DNA of 64,000 nt from sequence record PQ724394.1, one strand, 5' to 3'. Below, one piece after another: positions 10,631-19,726 of the stretch (position 1 is the first letter of the stretch; every line of letters starts with the position of its first letter). Made by a program: the position numbers and the translations under genes. The stretch comes from a phage. Below the pieces are notes generated by a model that saw nothing but the letters and a program-made list of their open reading frames with translations, was not told the DNA's origin and did no database searches.

Positions 10631-11210
10631 TATCGTCCCATGAATTAACCTTTACGGCTAAATTAGGTTTAAAGTCGCGTTCACCACGGGCTAACCAATA
10701 AACTTGGATATCCATGAGAATATTAGATGCAGCATCACAGTGGTGAGCCAAATCGTCAACATAAAACTTAATGCGTTTACCGTATGTATTTTTAGCTCTT
10801 ATGAACAGGTCTTCTTTTGATTCTGAATGACCACACATCAGAATCTCCTTGAATGCACCAGGGAACAAAGCATTCAAATTGAATTGTCTATTCAGCAGAG
10901 CATCAATTGAGTCGCCTAGCGCAGTCACGGCTACAAAATCGAAGTCTTTTTTGAGCTTGTTGATGTGTTTTAATGCATCCATGTAAGGGGACAGATAACG
11001 AATAAAATCTGACTGGTTATATTTCTCGATTAAACGTGCGCCTAATTCGTCGTCACAATTAAACAGTTCGCCTGGAGATAAGAAACGTTCGTCCTGAATC
11101 ATATTCAAAATATGTTCTAAAGGCAAATTATATTTCTGTGCGAAATAAGGCAAGCCGGACTGCCAACTTAAACATACTCCATCGATATCTGTTAAGATAA
11201 CTGGTTTCAT
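10572..11210 (-). CDS. HAD-superfamily hydrolase-like protein (212 aa)
   Basis: HAD motif I VILTDIDGV near N-terminus, downstream YVDDL acidic motif. Confidence 0.55.
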   Translation of the reverse strand: MKPVILTDIDGVCLSWQSGLPYFAQKYNLPLEHILNMIQDERFLSPGELFNCDDELGARLIEKYNQSDFIRYLSPYMDALKHINKLKKDFDFVAVTALGDSIDALLNRQFNLNALFPGAFKEILMCGHSESKEDLFIRAKNTYGKRIKFYVDDLAHHCDAASNILMDIQVYWLARGERDFKPNLAVKVNSWDDIAAIESLRNNAAVEWIARG

Positions 11211-11674
11211 AATAAATCTCTCAATTTGTTTAGGATGTCGATAAACTCTTTTTCAGTTAGTATTGTATCACATTCTTTGAGGTGGCTTGCCATTGAATGC
11301 TTTAAAACCTTACCTTTAGTGGCTTGTAAAGCTTCTCGGAATCCTTTGTTCTGGAGTGCTGCTTCAAAATACGCACTTTCGTAAAGCTCTTTCCATGCTT
11401 CGGAATATCTTGAAAACGGGGTTCCAAGCCAGAACAACGTGCCACGGTCCTGAGCTCTAGCATAAGCTCGTCCAGCTTTTTGTGCGTCTAACCCGGACAT
11501 CCTAAATATACGTCTTTGTTGTTCAACACTTTTCACCTTACATCCTTGGAGGAATCCTTCGAGTCCACCAAATTGGATACCGTCCATAACGAAAGGCCAT
11601 TTAGCAAAGTTACTTAATGCGCATGATGGCCACGGAAAGTTACTTCTAATTTCTAACTCAGACATCTTTGACAC
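11207..11674 (-). CDS. NADAR/YbiA-like (DUF1768-type) protein (155 aa)
   Basis: LSNFAKWPFVMDGIQF...EGFLQGCKV and LQATKGKVLKHS resemble the YbiA/NADAR signature (FSNFA.WP..DG...EH.FQ..K) as recalled from memory. Confidence 0.5.
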   Translation of the reverse strand: MSKMSELEIRSNFPWPSCALSNFAKWPFVMDGIQFGGLEGFLQGCKVKSVEQQRRIFRMSGLDAQKAGRAYARAQDRGTLFWLGTPFSRYSEAWKELYESAYFEAALQNKGFREALQATKGKVLKHSMASHLKECDTILTEKEFIDILNKLRDLL

Positions 11675-11870
11675 TTATAATCTTGGTAGCGTACCACATA
11701 CCATGGTCCGGTAATCTGGATTTAATTGACCGCCCACGATATGTTTTTCGCATTATAACAGTCTTAATAACATCTTCATCACAAGCATATGGCGGCGATA
11801 AGTCGATAACACGATAAGTCACTTCAACCATTTCTAGGCCAAACAGCTTTTTAAGCCATTTCTTAACCAT
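11658..11870 (-). CDS. Hypothetical protein (70 aa)
   Basis: ORF in 30.x-like accessory block. Confidence 0.4.
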   Translation of the reverse strand: MVKKWLKKLFGLEMVEVTYRVIDLSPPYACDEDVIKTVIMRKTYRGRSIKSRLPDHGMWYATKIISVKDV

Positions 11871-11871
11871 A

Positions 11872-12066
11872 TTATCCTCGCTTCAAACATTTGATTACAG
11901 ATAATTCAGAACCCATACGAACGTCTTCAGTTCCATCGACCCACAGGACGGTGTAGGCTTCTTTAATAGTAGCATTACCTAATTTAAAACCAGGCAAGAC
12001 CTTAGAAATCATTCCAGGAATACCTACACCTTTTAACTGGACGGTTTGTGATAAGAATAGTTGCAT
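11872..12066 (-). CDS. Hypothetical protein (64 aa)
   Basis: ORF in 30.x-like accessory block. Confidence 0.4.
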   Translation of the reverse strand: MQLFLSQTVQLKGVGIPGMISKVLPGFKLGNATIKEAYTVLWVDGTEDVRMGSELSVIKCLKRG

Positions 12067-12353
12067 TAGAACCTCATCTGAAATCCATGTGATTTAACAT
12101 TACCGCCGTAGATGTCAGAAGTATTGACTTCGCGGGCAGCGCTAGGGTCGATGTTAATATCATGGTTGAGCTTAGTGATTGCTAGGGTGTCACGACCATT
12201 GACTGTACGGAATTCTACTGGACAAACCACATCAGCATAAGCCTTAATGGATTCACGAGTAGGCTGTTTGTCGGCAGGAACATCTTTACCTGCCTTAGAG
12301 AAAACAACTTCACAGAAATTTTTACGAGTATCGAAATAAGTGGTCATAAACAT
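12066..12353 (-). CDS. Hypothetical protein (start moved to ATG after hairpin and GAGGA RBS)
   Basis: Track ORF 12066-12386 starts inside a GGAGGC-cgaa-GCCTCC hairpin; the ATG at 12353 has a GAGGA RBS 7 nt upstream. Confidence 0.5.
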   Translation of the reverse strand: MFMTTYFDTRKNFCEVVFSKAGKDVPADKQPTRESIKAYADVVCPVEFRTVNGRDTLAITKLNHDINIDPSAAREVNTSDIYGGNVKSHGFQMRF

Positions 12354-12368
12354 AATATTTTCCTCAAA

Positions 12369-12384
12369 GGAGGCCGAAGCCTCC
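12369..12384 (-). terminator. UUCG-tetraloop hairpin (inter-cistronic)
   Basis: GGAGGC-cgaa-GCCTCC. Confidence 0.5.
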
Positions 12385-12394
12385 ATTTTTAAGA

Positions 12395-12760
12395 TTAGAT
12401 ATCAAATTCATTCAGAACTACATCAAAGATTGCTTCCAGGTGTTCAGGTTTAGCACGGTTGCTCAGGATGTGACGAATCCAGGTTTTAACCAGAAGCTTA
12501 CGATTATCACCGTTCCAGCAAGGATGGGTACCTAAATCACGTTGACGGAAATCATCATCCAAAGCGATTTTAAAAGTAGAACCTTCCATAGTGATTGAAA
12601 CCGTGATACCATTTTCAAAGCGCATATAAACGTAGTTAGGAGTCATGCACTGTTCGATTTCGCACACTGTGCTGTTGTTGTGTTTCCACAGGCAAATAAC
12701 TTCAGAAGAACCAGCAATACCGTTAGAAACATATTTACGTTCGAAGTTGATGTAGTTCAT
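12395..12760 (-). CDS. Hypothetical protein (121 aa)
   Basis: ORF with GGAGA RBS; own early-promoter cassette upstream. Confidence 0.55.
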   Translation of the reverse strand: MNYINFERKYVSNGIAGSSEVICLWKHNNSTVCEIEQCMTPNYVYMRFENGITVSITMEGSTFKIALDDDFRQRDLGTHPCWNGDNRKLLVKTWIRHILSNRAKPEHLEAIFDVVLNEFDI

Positions 12761-12796
12761 TTTATTCTCCAGTTTGTTTTCGTATTATTTGGTACA
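12758..12796. repeat. 39-nt direct repeat copy 1 (5' leader/RBS/start of gene 12395-12760)
   Basis: Identical to 13201-13239. Confidence 0.8.
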
Positions 12797-12830
12797 GGTC
12801 TATAATAACACAACCTGTACCAAAGTAAAC
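12791..12830 (-). promoter_or_regulatory. Early-promoter stem-loop cassette (GTTTAC -35, 17 nt, TATTAT -10; stem GGTACAGG/CCTGTACC)
   Basis: Read on minus strand: GTTTAC at 12830-12825, TATTAT at 12807-12802; -10 sits in loop of an 8-bp inverted repeat. Confidence 0.55.
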
Positions 12831-12834
12831 CGTT

Positions 12835-13203
12835 TTATGCAACTTTAATCCAATTATCTAAATTTAATTCACCTTTGGCTTTCATTTTTTCGATCAGGTC
12901 ATCTGCAGTTATACGACCATTTTGATACCATGTAACATCTTCAGAATAACCAGTTTCTTCATCTTCATAGGTCTTACAACGAATCTTACCGGTTATGATA
13001 GTTTTCAGTTCGTAGGTATCACCGGTAAAAAAGTTTGTTACCAAAATTTTCCAAGAGAAGTCATCAGAAGGACCTTCAGGAGTCATACAACCTACAAATT
13101 CAAATTGTTCTTTGTACAAGCGCCATTGCATCTCTTTAGTTTCAATAGCTTTATAACCGTCGTGGTCTTTACATTTGATATATGAGTTAAGATTGATTTT
13201 CAT
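12835..13203 (-). CDS. Hypothetical protein (122 aa)
   Basis: ORF with GGAGA RBS; own promoter cassette. Confidence 0.55.
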   Translation of the reverse strand: MKINLNSYIKCKDHDGYKAIETKEMQWRLYKEQFEFVGCMTPEGPSDDFSWKILVTNFFTGDTYELKTIITGKIRCKTYEDEETGYSEDVTWYQNGRITADDLIEKMKAKGELNLDNWIKVA

Positions 13204-13239
13204 TTTATTCTCCAGTTTGTTTTCGTATTATTTGGTACA
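13201..13239. repeat. 39-nt direct repeat copy 2 (5' leader/RBS/start of gene 12835-13203)
   Basis: Identical to 12758-12796. Confidence 0.8.
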
Positions 13240-13244
13240 TGTCT

Positions 13245-13273
13245 ATAGTATCATGCCTACCGGAGATGTATAC
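13245..13273 (-). promoter_or_regulatory. Early-promoter-like cassette (GTATAC -35 variant, 17 nt, TACTAT -10)
   Basis: Family member of the repeated cassette; -35 is degenerate. Confidence 0.4.
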
Positions 13274-13299
13274 CCTTTTTTTAAGATTTAGAAACAAAA

Positions 13300-13321
13300 A
13301 TGGGACTCCGAAGAGTCCCAT
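13300..13321 (-). terminator. Rho-independent terminator (UUCG hairpin + U-run) after small ORF 13325-13486
   Basis: ATGGGACTC-cgaa-GAGTCCCAT; on minus transcript followed by UUUUUGUUUC. Confidence 0.65.
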
Positions 13322-13324
13322 AAC

Positions 13325-13486
13325 TTATGCAATAACTTTACCGAAGCAAGCAGCATCTGCACGCAATACTGCACGAGCACGAGCTTGAAGCTTATCAACT
13401 ACCTGATTGATACGCTTGTTAGACGCACGCTTGTAACCAGCGCGTTTAGAGGTTCCGTCAACTACTTTAACTTCTTTCTTAGCCAT
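13325..13486 (-). CDS. Small basic protein (53 aa), not in ORF track
   Basis: ATG at 13486 to TAA at 13325; MAKKEVKVVDGTSKRAGYKRASNKRINQVVDKLQARARAVLRADAACFGKVIA; immediately followed by terminator. RBS weak. Confidence 0.35.
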   Translation of the reverse strand: MAKKEVKVVDGTSKRAGYKRASNKRINQVVDKLQARARAVLRADAACFGKVIA

Positions 13487-13839
13487 TTTTAAATCTCTTA
13501 AATTAGGATGCAGGACTTATTGGCATTGCCTGCGCAAGCCCTCAAGGGGAACATAGGTTTTAGATATTTAACGACAGGATAACCGTAAACCTCGTCATCA
13601 TAGCTCTTATCTGTTGCACACCGTTAGCTTAAAGGTTCCGGGTTCGATTTCTCGAGGATAAGATATATACTGATGGATATATAGGCCTTGAGGCGTACTC
13701 CCGATTGGCCATCACCTCGGGGTAGCATGCACTTGCCGCTATAAAATAACATTCAAGAGGTACACCGTAAAACTGCCGGGGTCTTAAAACTATAATGATT
13801 CGCAAATCATTAATCAGACAGTTCGACGGCTCCTCGATT

Positions 13840-14088
13840 TTACTTCAGGGTAATAATAAAATGACGTACTGCTTTACGAGCTGCTGAAGCCAAAGGCTTA
13901 GCATATTTCAGTTCATCTTTTGCTTCCAATTCAGCGGCCAGAGTAGCCTGAGCAGGATTAAGATGTTTGAAATAACGCAGGATTTCCAGTGCTTCGGCTT
14001 CAACATCAATAGATGCGCCGTAGTTTTCGTGACCGTTGTTCCAAGCGTTGCGTTGCAGTTCAAGAGCGTGATTCAGATGTTTGTTCAT
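13840..14088 (-). CDS. rIII: Lysis inhibition accessory protein rIII-like (82 aa from internal Met)
   Basis: Start taken at the internal Met (MNKHLNHALELQ..) to give 82 aa, T4 rIII length; position next to gene 31. Confidence 0.65.
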   Translation of the reverse strand: MNKHLNHALELQRNAWNNGHENYGASIDVEAEALEILRYFKHLNPAQATLAAELEAKDELKYAKPLASAARKAVRHFIITLK

Positions 14089-14226
14089 TTTAAATTCTCG
14101 ATTCGAGATAAAGATTGGTGGACACGTTCTTCTGAATTTCACTTCCTTTCGGCAAGTCTCTCAGTTGTAGTCCACCGCTTAGGATTCTCCGGTTAACTAA
14201 CTAGTCCGGCAGCCAATCCATATTAT

Positions 14227-14234
14227 TATTTATA
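14227..14234 (-). promoter_or_regulatory. Late-promoter consensus TATAAATA (minus strand)
   Basis: Exact TATAAATA on minus strand just after gene 31 stop, upstream of rIII. Confidence 0.4.
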
Positions 14235-14558
14235 TCACTTATAAAGACACGGAATAGCTTTATAGTGGCAGGTAACGAATTTCTGTTTAATTTCTTTAGG
14301 CTGTTTAATACCAAGCGCAACTAAAGGATGAGGCACGTTAGCAATCTTACCAACAGGAAGTGGAGTCAAATCACCTACTTCACAAAAACCTTCAGGGACA
14401 TCAGGCCCTACAGAATAAATTTCGCAAAGTTCAGGGATTTCACCTTGATGAAGTTTGCCAATAACGATACCAGATGCAGTAGTTTCTTCATCACCAGCTT
14501 GTTTTGGTTCGGAAACGAGAATAACATATTCTCCGACCGCTTTAATAGGAAGTTCCAT
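14235..14558 (-). CDS. 31: Co-chaperonin GroES homolog gp31
   Basis: 107 aa; GroES/gp31-like sequence; synteny. Confidence 0.85.
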   Translation of the reverse strand: MELPIKAVGEYVILVSEPKQAGDEETTASGIVIGKLHQGEIPELCEIYSVGPDVPEGFCEVGDLTPLPVGKIANVPHPLVALGIKQPKEIKQKFVTCHYKAIPCLYK

Positions 14559-14589
14559 ATTTAATCCATGTTGTTTTGTTGATAGATTA

Positions 14590-14614
14590 ATAATAACACG
14601 CTATTCTTAAAGCA
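14590..14614 (-). promoter_or_regulatory. MotA-dependent middle promoter candidate for gene 31 (MotA box TGCTTTA, 12 nt, TATTAT)
   Basis: On minus strand: TGCTTTA at 14614-14608, TATTAT at 14595-14590. Confidence 0.5.
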
Positions 14615-14616
14615 TA

Positions 14617-14916
14617 TTACAGGACAAGCAGAGTTTCAGTCTGAAGCCCATTAATAGAAATCAGTTTATCGAAACGGAATGAACGCCAGTCATTAACCTT
14701 GGTATCAAATACACGAATATAATTAACCGGTTCTTTATTAGCTTCTTGGCCCGGGGCTTGAATTTCTTTATACGGGAGGAGGTCCAGGTCGCGAGTACAA
14801 GTCATACGACGAACGCTACCATCCGCCTTTTCAAACAGAACTTCGTGAGTACCCACAGACAGAATAGTCTTGGCTTTTTCACGGAGTCGAATAGTTTCTT
14901 GTTCAGTTAAAATCAT
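14617..14916 (-). CDS. Hypothetical protein (99 aa)
   Basis: ORF in 31.x-like position. Confidence 0.5.
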   Translation of the reverse strand: MILTEQETIRLREKAKTILSVGTHEVLFEKADGSVRRMTCTRDLDLLPYKEIQAPGQEANKEPVNYIRVFDTKVNDWRSFRFDKLISINGLQTETLLVL

Positions 14917-14918
14917 AA

Positions 14919-15152
14919 TTATTCCAGGATAGTTTTAATAGTTGTTGCATTACGCTCTTTTAGAGCACTTAATAGGCTATGGCAATTATCAAGAATAGGC
15001 ACTGTTTTGTATTTCATTTCGGCGCGAACCCACTCGGATTTATAGTATGATTTCCAACGAGAGAAAAAGTACTTTTTATATTCCACTGAATAGGCTACTA
15101 AGCTTTCGCCTTTTGAGTTCAGACCTGAAAACTTCACTAATCGAAATTTCAT
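14919..15152 (-). CDS. Hypothetical protein (77 aa)
   Basis: ORF; tightly packed with neighbours. Confidence 0.45.
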   Translation of the reverse strand: MKFRLVKFSGLNSKGESLVAYSVEYKKYFFSRWKSYYKSEWVRAEMKYKTVPILDNCHSLLSALKERNATTIKTILE

Positions 15153-15697
15153 TATTCACCACAATAGTTTTGAATTGATTCCCAGTTCAGAGAACGGAGA
15201 CCGGTACGGTTATACTGGATAACTTCGATGCCTGATTCACGGAGGATATCATCCCAACCTTCAGGATTTCGGTCATAGAGTTCAGCATAAACCAGAGTTT
15301 TAATTCCGGACTGCGCAATAGACTTAGCACAATCTGCACATGGAGATAGTGTCACATACATTGTAGCACCGTCAATAGAACTTCCTGTACGAGCTGCGAA
15401 CAGAATAGCATTCAGTTCGGCATGGATTTCATTTTTGGATGACCATGCGGCATGAGCCATACGATGTTCTTTAAGAAGAATCGATTTATGGGACATTCGT
15501 GCTGTGTCATACACAACACGAGTCCAGTTCTGTTCTGCCGCGTGGTCACAACAGTTCACACCACCGGAAGGCGAACCATTATACCCTGTAGAAATAATGC
15601 GACCATTCTTTTCAATAACCGCACCCACTTTCCATGAACAACATTTTGATTCTTGAGAAATCAGGTATGCAATCTGAAGGTATGTGCTTGCTTTCAT
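15152..15697 (-). CDS. cd: dCMP deaminase
   Basis: Cytidine/dCMP deaminase zinc motifs HAELNAI and PCADCAK; 181 aa. Confidence 0.9.
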   Translation of the reverse strand: MKASTYLQIAYLISQESKCCSWKVGAVIEKNGRIISTGYNGSPSGGVNCCDHAAEQNWTRVVYDTARMSHKSILLKEHRMAHAAWSSKNEIHAELNAILFAARTGSSIDGATMYVTLSPCADCAKSIAQSGIKTLVYAELYDRNPEGWDDILRESGIEVIQYNRTGLRSLNWESIQNYCGE

Positions 15698-15927
15698 TCC
15701 ACGTACACTCGCTGCGCTTCGACTAGACCATCAGAACCAAGTTTTAACTGGGTAATCTGGTCGCCATTTTTAGGATTAACGATAACCAATACTGCACGTG
15801 GTGATTCCTGAATTACTCGCAGAGTTGCATCAGGAAAACGTACAGAAACCTTATTAATCAGGGCCTGAGCAAATTCTTTAACTTTAACTTGGAACTGCTC
15901 TACAGTAATAGGTTGTTCGCTCAGCAT
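15694..15927 (-). CDS. Hypothetical protein (77 aa)
   Basis: ORF, start overlaps upstream stop. Confidence 0.45.
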   Translation of the reverse strand: MLSEQPITVEQFQVKVKEFAQALINKVSVRFPDATLRVIQESPRAVLVIVNPKNGDQITQLKLGSDGLVEAQRVYVE

Positions 15928-16481
15928 TAGATGGTCTCCAACTTAAGTTGTTTGGTAGTGGTAGCTTGGGTAACGTCGCCTTTAACAATATAACACACCT
16001 GTTGGAACGAACTGGTCAAAAGCTCTTCGGCTTGACGGTCGGCTTGTTCTTTTGTGTTATGGCGAGAATGAACTTCAATCTTACCATTTTTAACGATAAG
16101 CACTTTCCATTCAGCAGTGGCTTTTACCAGCTTAGGTTCATCATTTTCAGGAATACTCACCGAGGCCAGTGGACGTACTACTTCAATAAAGTAATCGAAT
16201 TCATGGCCAAAAAAGCCTGAGGAATTAAAAAGAACAGCATTTGCATCATCAGGATTACCTGTGATTTTGCTCGGGTCGACAAACATCATCTCGTCATATA
16301 CACGAATTCGGCTTACACGTTCACGCCCATTATGGTAATCAATTTCAACTTCAAACGGGTTCATACCTACATACTTGGCAAAAGCTGTATTGAGGCCATA
16401 AGCGCCGTTATTAGTGAATTTGTTTTTAGTGTATTCACTACCGAACTTATAAAACTTACGCTCTTCAAAGAACTTGCTCAT
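15927..16481 (-). CDS. Hypothetical protein (184 aa from internal ATG)
   Basis: Track ORF extends through a promoter-like cassette; ATG at 16481 follows ATGAGGAA RBS. Confidence 0.45.
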   Translation of the reverse strand: MSKFFEERKFYKFGSEYTKNKFTNNGAYGLNTAFAKYVGMNPFEVEIDYHNGRERVSRIRVYDEMMFVDPSKITGNPDDANAVLFNSSGFFGHEFDYFIEVVRPLASVSIPENDEPKLVKATAEWKVLIVKNGKIEVHSRHNTKEQADRQAEELLTSSFQQVCYIVKGDVTQATTTKQLKLETI

Positions 16482-16543
16482 TTCGATTTCCTCATTTGTT
16501 TCGGTAGGACTACTATACCACAGTCCTACCATGATGTAAACAC

Positions 16544-16822
16544 TTAAATTGCTTCGACAACTACCGTTTGTTTCTGGAAGTCCATTTTGCATGAAATAGC
16601 CAAAATGTGGTCATCAATTTTAAATGGAACAATTGCAAATGCTGCACCAGGTGTGAGTTGAACAGTGATTGCATCAACTGCATCCGGGAACATGATTTCC
16701 AGAATAGCAGACAAACGACCATGAACTTTTAGTTCAGTCGACGTGTCGACAGGTTCGTATAGGTAATCAGATACAATCTGACTAAAAACTACTTTAACAA
16801 TTTCAGAATAAGTAGGGAACAT
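16544..16822 (-). CDS. Hypothetical protein (92 aa)
   Basis: ORF. Confidence 0.45.
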   Translation of the reverse strand: MFPTYSEIVKVVFSQIVSDYLYEPVDTSTELKVHGRLSAILEIMFPDAVDAITVQLTPGAAFAIVPFKIDDHILAISCKMDFQKQTVVVEAI

Positions 16823-16829
16823 AATTACC

Positions 16830-17045
16830 TCAGTGTACTGTATGGACCTTCACGTTAACAATAAACCGGTCAACGACTTCAGTCAGAGGAACGAACTCAA
16901 CATAGTACTCACCTTTGTAACGTTCATTCAAATCGTTACGGAGAGCGGCCAGTGAGTTAATGAGGGTAGGAGACATATTAAGCCCTACCAGTTTCTGAAG
17001 CTCTTTATAAGCTTCTTCTTCAACTTCATGGTGTTTGTTATACAT
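16830..17045 (-). CDS. Hypothetical protein (start moved to internal ATG 17045)
   Basis: Track ORF 16830-17150 overlaps the upstream gene by 113 nt; internal ATG has GGAAGAA RBS. Confidence 0.4.
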   Translation of the reverse strand: MYNKHHEVEEEAYKELQKLVGLNMSPTLINSLAALRNDLNERYKGEYYVEFVPLTEVVDRFIVNVKVHTVH

Positions 17046-17234
17046 AATGTTCTTCCAAGAAGGCAAGGAGTTCAGGAGCGGATTTAAAAATACCACCATC
17101 GACCCTGTCTTCATCTCTGTAGTCCATAACATCCAGGCCAATACGTCCATCAGTTAAAGGCCATACGCCGAAGAAAAAGCATTTACGTTTTTCAATTTCT
17201 TCGATTGTACGAAAAATCTTTTCGATATTATTCA

Positions 17235-17235
<1 letters not shown>
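17038..17235 (-). CDS. Hypothetical protein (65 aa)
   Basis: ORF directly downstream of pseT. Confidence 0.45.
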
Positions 17236-18456
<1,221 letters not shown>

Positions 18457-18460
<4 letters not shown>

Positions 18461-18918
18461 ACACCAAGCTCCTTATAAAGTTCTTCACGGCAGGTTTTAA
18501 GGATTTTACCAGTTTCATAAGCCGCACTTTCAGAAACATCACCAAGTGTAGCAGCAGCTTGCATTTGGCCATGGCGCTTAGCCGCATATTCAAAACTTTT
18601 TACCAGCTCACGAATACGTTCTTTTTCTTCGTGAAGTGATTGGTTTTCTTTATAGCACGCCGTAACATCTAAGATTGAATTCCACACATCAGAAGGAATA
18701 GGCTCGGACAATTTCAACACTCGGCTCGGGAAATCATTCCATGGGGCATAGTATTCAACTTCTGTAATAACTCCACCTTTACATTCTGTAATAAAAAATC
18801 GAGCTTTACCTTCCAAAGGTGTTTTACGGCAAGAACCAATTCGGGCCAGCTTTTGGAAGAATTCGTCTTTACACTTCATGATATTATTAGCGTTCTCAAC
18901 ATACCATAATATTTTCAT
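18457..18918 (-). CDS. Hypothetical protein (153 aa from internal ATG)
   Basis: Track start (18954) lies inside the -10 of the promoter cassette; ATG at 18918 has GAGGAA RBS. Confidence 0.5.
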
Positions 18919-18952
18919 GTCCAATTCCTCAATTTTTATAATCCGTAGGAGC

Positions 18953-18982
18953 ATTATACTCTGCTCCCAAGAGTTTGTAAAC
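18953..18982 (-). promoter_or_regulatory. Early promoter (GTTTAC -35, 18 nt, TATAAT -10)
   Basis: Minus strand GTTTAC at 18982-18977 and TATAAT at 18958-18953; -10 within a GGAGCAG/CTGCTCC stem-loop. Confidence 0.55.
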
Positions 18983-19089
18983 TACTTTCCAAAAATACCA
19001 TTCATACACATGCTGAACACGATACCAAAGCAAAAACATGCAGCGCCGAATTTAAAAACATCCCACCCATCGATACAGGCTTCAATCAT
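18982..19089 (-). CDS. Small hydrophobic peptide (35 aa from internal ATG), translationally coupled to o-spanin
   Basis: ATG at 19089 overlaps o-spanin stop (ATGA); MIEACIDGWDVFKFGAACFCFGIVFSMCMNGIFGK. Confidence 0.35.
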   Translation of the reverse strand: MIEACIDGWDVFKFGAACFCFGIVFSMCMNGIFGK

Positions 19090-19376
19090 TTGCACTTCTC
19101 CTCTTTTAGTCCAGAACGATAATAACATAACATAGATTTTTGGTCTTGTACATATCTTTTTACGTCGTTCAACCAAATGCGGTGTTCTTGAGAGTCTTCA
19201 AATGGCATTCCTACCCAAGCCTTACCATCGAGTACCTTAACCTGCCACTTAACATTATGTTCGGCAATAGGTTGTGGCCATGAAGGGTGGAGTTGTTGTT
19301 TAGGCGCTACAGGAACATCCTGGGCACATCCAACTAGCAATCCAATAGATAACATTACAGCAGCCAATTTAATCAT
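19086..19376 (-). CDS. Outer-membrane spanin lipoprotein (Rz1-like; T4 pseT.2 equivalent)
   Basis: Signal peptide with lipobox LLVGC; start overlaps i-spanin stop (ATGA). Confidence 0.65.
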   Translation of the reverse strand: MIKLAAVMLSIGLLVGCAQDVPVAPKQQLHPSWPQPIAEHNVKWQVKVLDGKAWVGMPFEDSQEHRIWLNDVKRYVQDQKSMLCYYRSGLKEEKCK

Positions 19377-19726
19377 TCTGTGATGCTCCTGAAGTCTTCT
19401 GTAAAGGAATCGAAGGACTTGTTGATTTGTTTTTCGACCAATCCTGGTTTACTTGCCACCACGTGCGCCTTCTTCGAATCTTTACGGAGCTTTTCATTTT
19501 CTACCTTAATTTTATCCAGTCTGGCATTCATTTCAGTAGTACGGAATTCAATATCTGAATATTGACCACGAAGGTCATCAACAGCTTCAGCGTTCTGTTT
19601 AGCCGCTTCCTGGGTTGTTTTCAGTTCTTCAGTTAATGTATCGATACGGCTTGATTGATATGAAATCAAACCATAAGCACCTACTGCAAGAGCTCCAGCT
19701 AAAAGGTAAATATTTAATTTAGACAT
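19373..19726 (-). CDS. Inner-membrane spanin (Rz-like; T4 pseT.3 equivalent)
   Basis: N-terminal transmembrane segment (IYLLAGALAVGAYGLI) followed by charged coiled-coil-like region; immediately upstream of lipoprotein. Confidence 0.65.
   Translation of the reverse strand: MSKLNIYLLAGALAVGAYGLISYQSSRIDTLTEELKTTQEAAKQNAEAVDDLRGQYSDIEFRTTEMNARLDKIKVENEKLRKDSKKAHVVASKPGLVEKQINKSFDSFTEDFRSITE

Noticed and set aside
13630-13660. tRNA-like T-arm string GGTTCCGGGTTCGATTTC.
   Set aside because: The flanks do not form a T-stem, acceptor stem or anticodon arm, so no cloverleaf can be drawn. Kept only as part of the non-coding island finding.
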